Under the pieces are notes generated by a model, which did not search any database, was not told where the DNA came from, and saw nothing but the letters and a program-made list of their open reading frames with translations. 64,000 bases of DNA, taken from assembly GCA_045539335.1 (NCBI GenBank), contig JAZQFD010000029.1, forward strand, positions 65,420 through 129,419, given 5' to 3'. Origin of the DNA: Eubacteriales bacterium (GTDB lineage: Bacteria; Bacillota; Clostridia; Oscillospirales; QAKW01). The position numbers and the translations under genes are program-made. Shown here piece by piece: positions 9,397-17,620 of this stretch. Every line of letters starts with the position of its first letter. Within the stretch, counting starts at the first letter, position 1.

Positions 9397-10125
9397 ATGG
9401 AGCTTCGATATGATCTGCATATCCATTCGGCGCTTTCCCCTTGTGGGGATCCGGATATGACGCCGAATAATATTGTGAATATGGCAATGATCTGCGGGCT
9501 CGATATGATTGCTGTCTCCGATCATAACACCACCGGTAATGTCGGTGCAGTTATGGAGGTAGGAAAGGCTGCAGGGATAACGGTTGTTCCGGCGATGGAG
9601 CTTGAAACCGCTGAAGAGATTCATGTCCTTTGCCTTTTTCCAACCTTGGAGGCTGCTTGTGCTTTTGATCAAGAACAGGTAAGACCGGCTTTGCCGCCGA
9701 TGGAAAATGATGTTGCGATTTTTGGCAATCAACACATAATGGATCATGAGGATCGAATTATCGGCGAAGATCCACGCTATTTAATCAATGCGACAAGTAT
9801 TTCTCTGGATGGTTTACCAGAGATAATCGATCAATATGGCGGTGTTGCAATTCCCGCTCATATTGACAAATCAACCAAAAGCTTGGTGGGAAACTTTGGT
9901 ATGGTGGGGGATTATATGGGATTTCAATGTTTTGAATTGTCTCGTAATCTGCCGGACTATTTTATCGATGCGACCCCCGGCCTTGGCGGCCGACCATATG
10001 TGTATTTACATGATTCCGATGCTCATTATCTTCAGGATATCGGGGAGCATTCTGGGGAAAATTTGTTGGATTTGACCGAAAACACGGCGGAATCCTTGAT
10101 ATTGTACTTAAAAAACAGAAAATAA
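9397..10125 (+). CDS. PHP-domain metal-dependent phosphoesterase
   Basis: YDLHIHSALSPCGD (HxH motif), AVSDHNT, IPAHID and LHDSDAHYL are PHP metal-ligand motifs. Confidence 0.8.
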   Translation: MELRYDLHIHSALSPCGDPDMTPNNIVNMAMICGLDMIAVSDHNTTGNVGAVMEVGKAAGITVVPAMELETAEEIHVLCLFPTLEAACAFDQEQVRPALPPMENDVAIFGNQHIMDHEDRIIGEDPRYLINATSISLDGLPEIIDQYGGVAIPAHIDKSTKSLVGNFGMVGDYMGFQCFELSRNLPDYFIDATPGLGGRPYVYLHDSDAHYLQDIGEHSGENLLDLTENTAESLILYLKNRK

Positions 10126-10234
10126 TTGACTTTTTTTGAAAAAACTGTAGAAATCTGTATGATTATATGTTAAAATTAATATGTTTGCTTAGGTAAATAC
10201 TGCAACGCAGTCTCAATAAAAAGGAGGATATAAA

Positions 10235-10729
10235 ATGAGCAACAAGTGTCCCGTTCCATTCAAGGGAACAAAAGAGCAAGAGCAGCAACTGCTCGAAGTG
10301 ATCGCAAAGCATAAGGGTCAAGATGGTCCTTTGATGCCTGTTTTGCAGGAAGCCCAGGAAATCTACGGTTATCTGCCCATTGAAGTGCAGAAGATCGTAT
10401 CTGAGGGTCTGGATATTCCTTTGGAACACATCTATGGCGTTGTTACTTTCTATGCGCAGTTTTCTTTGGCACCCAAGGGTAAATATAAAATTGGTGTTTG
10501 CTTGGGAACTGCTTGCTATGTTAAAGGCTCCGGTGATATCCTGAACAAAATCAAGGAGATCATTGGAATCGATGTTGGTGAGTGCACTCCCGACGGTAAG
10601 TTCTCTCTGGAAGCTACCCGTTGCATCGGTGCTTGCGGTTTGGCTCCTGTTATGACCATTAACGAAGAAGTTTACGGCCGTTTGGTCGTTGGTGATATTC
10701 CTGATATTTTGAAGAAGTATATGGACTAA
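10235..10729 (+). CDS. hydC: NuoE-like [2Fe-2S] subunit of a HydABC-type hydrogenase
   Basis: Thioredoxin-like 2Fe-2S pattern CLGTAC...CIGACGLAP. It sits at the head of the hyd operon. Confidence 0.9.
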   Translation: MSNKCPVPFKGTKEQEQQLLEVIAKHKGQDGPLMPVLQEAQEIYGYLPIEVQKIVSEGLDIPLEHIYGVVTFYAQFSLAPKGKYKIGVCLGTACYVKGSGDILNKIKEIIGIDVGECTPDGKFSLEATRCIGACGLAPVMTINEEVYGRLVVGDIPDILKKYMD

Positions 10730-10738
10730 GGTCTGTGT

Positions 10739-11290
10739 ATGAAGGAACTGTCACTCAATATTCTTGATATTACTTATAATTCAATTAAAGCCAAAGCCAG
10801 TCGAATTGATATTCGAGTATCGGAGCGTTTTTCAACAAATCTGGTTGAAATTGTAATTAAAGACAACGGTTGCGGAATGGATGAGGCGTTTCTAGCCCAA
10901 GTTACGGATCCGTTTGTCACAACCCGCACGACAAGAAAAGTGGGGTTGGGGATTCCTCTGTTTAAGCAGAGCGCCGAGGATACAGACGGTCAATTTAAAA
11001 TCTCTTCAAAGGTAGGGGAGGGGACAACGGTTTACGCATCCTTTCGATTGGATCATTTGGATCGTGCGCCGATTGGTGATATGGCCAGCACAATGATCAG
11101 CTTGATTCAAGCGAATGATCAAGTGCGGTTTGTCTATGACCATTCCACAGATCAGGGGTCGTTTGTGTTAGATACGGATGATTTACATGAGCAGCTTGGC
11201 GATGTTCCTCTTTCGGAACCGGCAGTGCTTAATTGGATCGGAGATTTTATCAAAGAGAATTTGGACGAAATTCAAGGAGGAAGAATTTAA
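10739..11290 (+). CDS. HATPase_c-only ATP-binding protein embedded in the hydrogenase operon
   Basis: LNILDITYNSIKA (N box), DNGCGMD (G1) and GLGIPL (G2). No DHp, receiver or sensor domain. Confidence 0.75.
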   Translation: MKELSLNILDITYNSIKAKASRIDIRVSERFSTNLVEIVIKDNGCGMDEAFLAQVTDPFVTTRTTRKVGLGIPLFKQSAEDTDGQFKISSKVGEGTTVYASFRLDHLDRAPIGDMASTMISLIQANDQVRFVYDHSTDQGSFVLDTDDLHEQLGDVPLSEPAVLNWIGDFIKENLDEIQGGRI

Positions 11291-11665
11291 ATGAAATCTT
11301 TAGCTGAATTGCAGGCAATTAAAGAAAAAATGCAGAATAAAGTGAATCTGCGTGCTGCTGACAATGAAAACACCATTCGTGTTGTTGTCGGTATGGCTAC
11401 TTGTGGCATTGCAGCCGGTGCTCGTCCGGTACTGAATGCTTTCTTAAAAGAGATTGAAGATCGTCGCCTGAACGATGTAATTTGCACCCAGACCGGTTGT
11501 ATCGGCATCTGCCAGTATGAGCCGGTTGTTGAGGTAATTACTGCTGATGGCAACAAAACGACCTATGTTAAGATGACGGAAGATAAAGTTGCCAAAGTTG
11601 TAACTGAGCATCTTGTGAACAACAAGCCTGTTCAGGAATTCACCATCGGCGCTTACCAAAAGTAA
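11291..11665 (+). CDS. Thioredoxin-like (2Fe-2S) ferredoxin domain protein (HydD-like small subunit)
   Basis: 124 aa with GMATCGIAAGA...TGCIGICQYEP. The start directly abuts the upstream stop. Confidence 0.8.
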   Translation: MKSLAELQAIKEKMQNKVNLRAADNENTIRVVVGMATCGIAAGARPVLNAFLKEIEDRRLNDVICTQTGCIGICQYEPVVEVITADGNKTTYVKMTEDKVAKVVTEHLVNNKPVQEFTIGAYQK

Positions 11666-11680
11666 GGGGGAGTTTAAACC

Positions 11681-13474
11681 ATGATTAGAAACCATATTTT
11701 GATTTGTGGCGGTACAGGCTGTACCTCCTCCGGTTCTTTGAGCATTTTGGAAGCTTTAAATGCTGAACTGGAAAAGAATAACCTGCAAGATGAAGTAAAG
11801 GTTGTTATGACCGGTTGCTTTGGTCTTTGCGCTTTGGGCCCCATCATGATCGTTTATCCTGAAGGCTCTTTCTACAGCCGTATTGATGCAGATGCGATCC
11901 CTGAAATCGTTTCTGAGCATATCATCAAGGGCCGTATTGTTAAAAAATACCTCTATAGCGAAGTTGCTGAGATGGAAGAAAAGGGCGTTCACGCTTCTTT
12001 GAACGATACCAACTTCTACAAGAAGCAAAAGCGTGTTGCACTGCGTAACTGCGGTGTTATCAATCCCGAGATTATCGATGAGTATATTGCTTATGATGGC
12101 TATCAAGCTCTGGGTAAAGTTCTGACTGAAATGACTCCTGCCGATGTTATTAAGGTCATTAAGGACTCCGGTTTGCGTGGTCGTGGCGGCGGCGGGTTCC
12201 CCACCGGTCTGAAGTGGGATTTGGCTTCTCGCACCGTTGCTGACGTTAAGTATGTTTGCTGTAATGCTGACGAAGGTGACCCGGGTGCATTCATGGACCG
12301 TTCCATCCTGGAAGGTGATCCCCATGCTGTCATCGAGGCTATGGCAATTGCAGCTTATGCTGTTGGCGCTTGCAAAGGTTTTGTTTATATCCGTGCTGAG
12401 TATCCCATCGCCGTTAATCGTTTGCAGATTGCTATTAATCAGGCTCGTGAATACGGACTGCTGGGCAACAATATTTTCGGCACTGGCTTTAATTTCGATA
12501 TGGAAATCCGTCTGGGCGCCGGCGCATTTGTTTGCGGCGAGGAAACTGCTCTGATGACCTCTATCGAAGGTAATCGTGGCGAGCCTCGTCCTCGTCCTCC
12601 TTTCCCCTCTGAAAAGGGTATTTTCGGCATCCCCACCATGAACTGTAACGTTGAGACCTATGCCAATGTTCCTCAGATTATCTTAAAGGGTGCTGAGTGG
12701 TTTGGCTCCATGGGTACCGAGAAGTCCAAGGGTACTAAGGTATTTGCGTTGGGTGGTAAAATCACCAACACCGGTCTTGTTGAGATTCCTATGGGTACTA
12801 CCCTGCGTGAGGTTATCGAGGATATTGGTGGCGGTATTCCTAACGGTAAGAAGTTTAAGGCTGCTCAGACCGGTGGTCCTTCCGGCGGCTGTATTCCTGC
12901 TTCTTTGATCGATACTCCTATTGACTATGATAATCTGGTTGCAATCGGCTCCATGATGGGCTCTGGCGGTCTGATTGTTATGGACGAAGACAACTGTATG
13001 GTTGACATTGCTAAGTTCTTCTTGGAGTTTACTGTTGATGAGTCTTGCGGTAAGTGTACTCCTTGCCGTATTGGTACCAAGAGAATGCTGGAGTATTTGA
13101 ATAAGATTACTTCCGGTAAGGCTACGATGAAGGATATTGATGAACTGGAAGAGCTGTGCTACTACATCAAAGCCAACTCTCTTTGCGGTCTGGGTCAGAC
13201 TGCACCGAACCCTGTGCTTTCCACTCTGCGTTATTTCAGAGATGAATACGAGGCTCACGTTCTTGAGAAGCGCTGCCCTGCCGGCGTTTGTAAAGATTTG
13301 ATGCGCTATGAGATTACCGATGAGTGTAAGGGTTGTACCCTTTGTGCTCGTAACTGCCCTGTTAATGCGATCACCGGAACCGTTAAAAACGTACACTCCA
13401 TCGATCAAAGCAAGTGTATTAAGTGCGGCGTTTGCGTAAGCAAGTGTAAGTTTAAGGCTATTGTTCGGAAGTAA
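11681..13474 (+). CDS. hydB: NuoF-like NADH/FMN-binding subunit of a HydABC-type hydrogenase
   Basis: N-terminal 2Fe-2S domain (CGGTGC...GCFGLCALGP), FMN/NAD site GLRGRGGGGFPTG, NuoF 4Fe-4S motif ESCGKCTPCR, and a C-terminal 2x[4Fe-4S] ferredoxin domain. Confidence 0.92.
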   Translation: MIRNHILICGGTGCTSSGSLSILEALNAELEKNNLQDEVKVVMTGCFGLCALGPIMIVYPEGSFYSRIDADAIPEIVSEHIIKGRIVKKYLYSEVAEMEEKGVHASLNDTNFYKKQKRVALRNCGVINPEIIDEYIAYDGYQALGKVLTEMTPADVIKVIKDSGLRGRGGGGFPTGLKWDLASRTVADVKYVCCNADEGDPGAFMDRSILEGDPHAVIEAMAIAAYAVGACKGFVYIRAEYPIAVNRLQIAINQAREYGLLGNNIFGTGFNFDMEIRLGAGAFVCGEETALMTSIEGNRGEPRPRPPFPSEKGIFGIPTMNCNVETYANVPQIILKGAEWFGSMGTEKSKGTKVFALGGKITNTGLVEIPMGTTLREVIEDIGGGIPNGKKFKAAQTGGPSGGCIPASLIDTPIDYDNLVAIGSMMGSGGLIVMDEDNCMVDIAKFFLEFTVDESCGKCTPCRIGTKRMLEYLNKITSGKATMKDIDELEELCYYIKANSLCGLGQTAPNPVLSTLRYFRDEYEAHVLEKRCPAGVCKDLMRYEITDECKGCTLCARNCPVNAITGTVKNVHSIDQSKCIKCGVCVSKCKFKAIVRK

Positions 13475-13488
13475 AGGAGAGGAGAAAG

Positions 13489-15246
13489 ATGCAAATGATT
13501 AATTTAAAGATCAACGGCACTCCCATCAGTGTACCTGCCGGTACCACTGTTCTGGAAGCTGCCAGACAAATGAATATTGATATTCCCACTCTGTGCTTCC
13601 TGAAGGAAATCAACGCTATCGGTGCTTGCCGTATCTGCGTTGTTGAAAACAGAGTGAATGGCGTTGGCCGTTTGGTTGCCGCTTGTGTATTCCCCGTTGC
13701 TGAGGGAATGGATATCTACACCCATAGCCCCATGGTTCTTAAGGCCAGAAAGCAGACTCTTGAGTTGATTCTGTCCAACCATGATAAGAAATGTCTGTCT
13801 TGTGTTCGTTCCGGCGACTGTGAATTGCAGCGTCTTTGCAATGAGTACAAGGTGGAAAAAGAAGACGCTTATGATGGCGATGTAAACTTCTATGAAGTTG
13901 ATGAAACCGCTGTTCATATGATTCGTAACAATAATAAGTGTATTTTGTGCCGTCGTTGCGTTGCTGTTTGCGATAAGCTGCAGGGTGTATCGGTGATCGG
14001 TGCAAACGACAGAGGCTTTGCTACCCACATTGGTTCTGCTTTTGACGATGGTTTGGGCTTGACCTCTTGCGTATCCTGCGGTCAGTGTATTGTGGCTTGT
14101 CCTACCGGCGCACTGGCTGAGAAGGATGATACCGATAAGGTTTGGGAAGCCTTGGCTGATCCCACCAAGCATGTTGTTGTTCAGGTCGCGCCTTCTATCC
14201 GTGTAACTCTTGGTGAGGCTTTTGACATGCCGATCGGCACCAATGTTGAAGGTAAGATGGTAACTGCCCTGAAGAAATTGGGCTTTGATAAGGTGTTTGA
14301 TACCAACTTTGCTGCCGATCTTACCATTATGGAAGAAGCCAATGAGTTGATTGAGCGTGTCCAGAAGGGTGGCGCTCTGCCTATGATTACCTCTTGCTCT
14401 CCCGGCTGGATCAAGTTCTGCGAGCATTATTTCCCTGATATGATTCCTCATCTGTCTTCTTGCAAGTCTCCCCAACAGATGTTTGGCGCTCTTGTAAAGA
14501 CCTATTATGCCGAGAAGAACGGCATTGATCCCAAAGACATTGTTAGCGTTTCCGTTATGCCCTGTACCGCAAAGAAATTTGAGGTCGGTCGTGATGATCA
14601 GGCTGCTGCAGGTGTTGCCGATGTTGATATCGCCATCACCACTCGTGAATTGGCCAGAATGATTAAGCGTGCCGGATTGTTCTTCACTAAGTTGGAAGAC
14701 AGTGAGTTCGATAATCCTCTGGGTGTGGGCTCCGGTGCCGGTTTGATTTTCGGTGCTACCGGTGGTGTTATGGAAGCTGCTTTGCGTACCGCTGTTGAAA
14801 CCTTGACCGGTGAAGAGTTGGGCAAACTGGAGTTCCATGATGTTCGTGGTACTGCCGGTATTAAAGAGGCTACTTATAAAGTTGGCGATCTGGATGTTAA
14901 GGTTGCAGTATGCTCCGGTCTTGCTAATGCAAAAGAACTGCTGAAGAAGGTTCAAGCAGGTGAAGCTGATTATACCTTTATCGAGGTCATGGCTTGTCCC
15001 GGCGGCTGTGTAAACGGCGGCGGTCAGCCCTTCCAGCCTGCTTCGGTTCGGAACTTTGAAGATTTGCGTGCACTTCGTGCCAAAGCTCTTTATGATACCG
15101 ATGCTGGTATGAAACTGAGAAAATCTCATGATAATCCCATGATCAAAGAATTGTATGACGATTATCTCGAGCGTCCCGGTAGTCATAAGGCTCATAAGAT
15201 TCTTCATACTACTTATGTTGCTCGCAATCGTTTTGGTGAGCAGTAA
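13489..15246 (+). CDS. hydA: [FeFe] hydrogenase catalytic subunit (multi-cluster, group A bifurcating type)
   Basis: N-terminal 2Fe-2S domain, then ferredoxin-type clusters. H-cluster motifs TSCSPGW, MPCTAKKFE and EVMACPGGCVNGGGQP. Confidence 0.92.
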   Translation: MQMINLKINGTPISVPAGTTVLEAARQMNIDIPTLCFLKEINAIGACRICVVENRVNGVGRLVAACVFPVAEGMDIYTHSPMVLKARKQTLELILSNHDKKCLSCVRSGDCELQRLCNEYKVEKEDAYDGDVNFYEVDETAVHMIRNNNKCILCRRCVAVCDKLQGVSVIGANDRGFATHIGSAFDDGLGLTSCVSCGQCIVACPTGALAEKDDTDKVWEALADPTKHVVVQVAPSIRVTLGEAFDMPIGTNVEGKMVTALKKLGFDKVFDTNFAADLTIMEEANELIERVQKGGALPMITSCSPGWIKFCEHYFPDMIPHLSSCKSPQQMFGALVKTYYAEKNGIDPKDIVSVSVMPCTAKKFEVGRDDQAAAGVADVDIAITTRELARMIKRAGLFFTKLEDSEFDNPLGVGSGAGLIFGATGGVMEAALRTAVETLTGEELGKLEFHDVRGTAGIKEATYKVGDLDVKVAVCSGLANAKELLKKVQAGEADYTFIEVMACPGGCVNGGGQPFQPASVRNFEDLRALRAKALYDTDAGMKLRKSHDNPMIKELYDDYLERPGSHKAHKILHTTYVARNRFGEQ

Positions 15247-15250
15247 TTGA

Positions 15251-15281
15251 AAAAAGACGGTCTTCGGACCGTCTTTTTTTC
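15251..15281 (+). terminator. Rho-independent terminator of the hyd operon
   Basis: Stem gacggtc, loop ttcg, stem gaccgtc, followed by a T-run. Confidence 0.85.
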
Positions 15282-15311
15282 GTTATTTACACTTTTTTAA
15301 TGAATTACATA

Positions 15312-15340
15312 TTCACAAAATGGAATTTATGTAGTATAAT
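15312..15340 (+). promoter_or_regulatory. Sigma-A-type promoter for the parvulin-like gene
   Basis: TTCACA, 17-nt spacer, TATAAT. It lies about 40 nt upstream of the ATG. Confidence 0.5.
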
Positions 15341-15378
15341 ATGAATATTGTAATTACGTTTTACGGAGGTACACCCCT

Positions 15379-16950
15379 ATGGGTAAAGGACAACGGGTAC
15401 GAGCAACTCGTGCCGCAGAAAAAGAGGCAATGAAAGCAACCTTGGCTAAGAACGCCAAAAAGAAGCAACGTTCTACTATTGCAATGTCCGTTATTGCAAT
15501 CATCTTGGTGCTTTGCGTTGTTGGTAGTTTGGCATATAGCATTGTGCATGGCATCGCATTTGATCGTGGTGACATTCAGCGTAAGGCAGTTGTGTTGGAA
15601 ACTGAGAATTATAAGGTCGACGCAGCGATGATGTCGTATTTCTTCTATTCTCAGTATAATTCTTTTGTGAGCTCTCTTGCTTCTTCTTCAGATGAGAATA
15701 ATAACTATCTTTCTATGTATGGCTTGGATACCACCAAGCCTTTAAGATCCCAAAAAACGATCTTTAGTTCTGATGGCTCATCTTGGTTTGATTATATTGC
15801 ATCTGAAAGTGCATCTCAGGTAAAAGAACTCCTTTATCGTGCAGAAAAGGGGATTGAGACCGGTAAGAAGCTCGACGACGCTGATCAGGCCAATATTCAA
15901 GAGCAGATCGATTATGTGATTGAAGCAGCGGCAGAGAATTCCATTAAGGAAAAGGATGCTTTTTCTGCTTATTTCGGCACCGGTGTCAAAGAAGGCGATG
16001 TTCGCAAGTGCTTAGAACTTGCCATGATGGCCAATAAATATTATGATGAATTCTCTGACGCCCTCGTGTACACTGATGATGAGATTGATGCTTATTATAA
16101 AAAGAACATTGATTCCTATCGCTATGTAGACTATTATAGTTATGATGTTGTTGCATCTGACACAAAGGATTCTAAAACCTATGCTGCTGCAAAAGCACGT
16201 GCTGAACAGTTGGCTGCTTTGAAGGATACAAAAGCCTTTGCTGCCTGGGTTGAAAAAGATTATCGTGACAACAATCCTGTTTCTGAAGATCTTACCGAAG
16301 AAGATTTAAAAGAAAATCTCGATGAAATCTTGACCGGCCTAAGCACAAAGAAGATGACTCTTCAGAAGGACGATGAAATTTCTGATTGGTTGTTTAATGA
16401 TGCAAAGGTTGGTGATACCAAGATCAACGACGATGAGAGCGGCAAGTACACAGTTTATTTATTGACTGCTACGCCTTATCGTGATGAACAAATCACCAAG
16501 AATATTCGCCAGATTGTTTTCTTGAATTCTGCATATGACAAGAAGGATGAAACTACTAAAGCAAAAGCCGAGGAAGTAAAGGCTGCTTTGGAGGCTGCCG
16601 GCTATACCGAGGAAGCCTTCTTGGAAAAAGCAGAGGAGTTTAGCGCCGATTCTGCAACTGCATCTGTTGGCGGCCTTTGTGAGAACTATAAATCTAATGA
16701 TTTTGATGCTACCGTTTCCACTTGGGTATTTGACGCTAAGCGCAAGTCTGGTGATGTAGAGATTCTTAAGATCGAAGATGGTTATGTTCTTTGCTACTTT
16801 GTTGGCGACGGTTTACCTGCTTGGAAAGCAGACTGTGTCTCCGCTAAGAAAGATGACGACTATTCTGCCGCTTATGAAGAGTGGGTTAAGAATATCCCTC
16901 TGACAGAGAACAAGGACAGCTACGATAAGATTCCTGATATTACGGATTAA
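15379..16950 (+). CDS. Membrane-anchored SurA/PrsA-like protein with a C-terminal parvulin-type PPIase-like domain
   Basis: Basic N-terminus followed by one TM segment (IAMSVIAIILVLCVVGSLAY). C-terminal region AEEFSADSATASVGGLCENYKSNDFDATVSTWVF...GDVEILKIEDGYVLCYF resembles a parvulin fold. GGAGG RBS. Confidence 0.55.
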   Translation: MGKGQRVRATRAAEKEAMKATLAKNAKKKQRSTIAMSVIAIILVLCVVGSLAYSIVHGIAFDRGDIQRKAVVLETENYKVDAAMMSYFFYSQYNSFVSSLASSSDENNNYLSMYGLDTTKPLRSQKTIFSSDGSSWFDYIASESASQVKELLYRAEKGIETGKKLDDADQANIQEQIDYVIEAAAENSIKEKDAFSAYFGTGVKEGDVRKCLELAMMANKYYDEFSDALVYTDDEIDAYYKKNIDSYRYVDYYSYDVVASDTKDSKTYAAAKARAEQLAALKDTKAFAAWVEKDYRDNNPVSEDLTEEDLKENLDEILTGLSTKKMTLQKDDEISDWLFNDAKVGDTKINDDESGKYTVYLLTATPYRDEQITKNIRQIVFLNSAYDKKDETTKAKAEEVKAALEAAGYTEEAFLEKAEEFSADSATASVGGLCENYKSNDFDATVSTWVFDAKRKSGDVEILKIEDGYVLCYFVGDGLPAWKADCVSAKKDDDYSAAYEEWVKNIPLTENKDSYDKIPDITD

Positions 16951-16956
16951 CAAAAT

Positions 16957-16988
16957 AAAAATCCTTGAAACATGTTTCAAGGATTTTT
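16957..16988. terminator. Bidirectional terminator between convergent genes
   Basis: Perfect palindrome atccttgaaaca/tgtttcaaggat with A-rich sequence on the 5' side and T-rich sequence on the 3' side. Confidence 0.75.
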
Positions 16989-17556
16989 ATTCTTTCCAGC
17001 AGATTTTACAAGGAGTTTTTCCCGATTGTAAAGCCTCTTCTTCAGAAAACGGAATTGCTGATTTTCCGCCGTGTGTTATGGAACTGTGATATCGTTGGCC
17101 GGTAGGGGAGGCGTAAACAGTTTTGTTGGTTGCAGTATTGGTATTTACCTGTATCTGAATACTCTTTGATGTGTTTTTATAGTGTACAGTGATGGTGCAT
17201 ACACCGCTTTTTAAAGCGGTATAGAGATTATTCTTGACCGATAACACTTCAGAATCACTACAGGTAATGGCATAGTCTGCTATATAGTGATCGTTTGTTG
17301 AGATGCAGAAACCACCACTTTCTCCGACGGATAACTCCTTTCTTGTGGCAATGATTTCAAAAGTATCGGCACTTGGCTCCTTGTGAAAGGTTAACATCGC
17401 TGTCGATAGCAACGCAATAAAGATCAATAGTGATCCTATACTGATGATGATTTTATGAAAAATCTTTTGATCCGCCTTTAAAAGAAGCAGTAGACCAATC
17501 GGCCAGCATAGGCAGAGCATTGTGATTAAGAACGAACGGTTGTTTCGAAACTTCAT
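16987..17556 (-). CDS. Hypothetical membrane-anchored protein with an Ig-like (Big_2-like) region and a C-terminal His/Cys knuckle
   Basis: Two N-terminal TM segments. SVKNNLYTALKSGVCTITVHY resembles a bacterial Ig-like domain. The tail is GQRYHSSITHGG...GKTPCKICW. Confidence 0.45.
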   Translation of the reverse strand: MKFRNNRSFLITMLCLCWPIGLLLLLKADQKIFHKIIISIGSLLIFIALLSTAMLTFHKEPSADTFEIIATRKELSVGESGGFCISTNDHYIADYAITCSDSEVLSVKNNLYTALKSGVCTITVHYKNTSKSIQIQVNTNTATNKTVYASPTGQRYHSSITHGGKSAIPFSEEEALQSGKTPCKICWKE

Positions 17557-17620
17557 ACTTCACTTCCTTTCACTGCCTATATCATAGCATTATTTTATGT
17601 GAAATTCAATTGAGGTGTCT

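Noticed and set aside
12683-13408. A 241-aa antisense ORF inside hydB. Similar antisense ORFs occur at 11756-12325, 25154-25969, 26768-27265, 32969-33778, 22423-22956 and 36354-36890.
   Set aside because: All lie fully inside well-supported genes on the opposite strand. None has an RBS or a recognisable domain, and their compositions are typical of reverse-complement translation.
13504-15207. A 567-aa ORF on the minus strand covering almost all of hydA
   Set aside because: The plus-strand frame carries unmistakable HydA motifs. The antisense product is low-complexity (rich in N, T, G, S and I) and has no RBS or recognisable domain. Long stop-free antisense frames are an expected by-product of strong codon bias in highly expressed genes.
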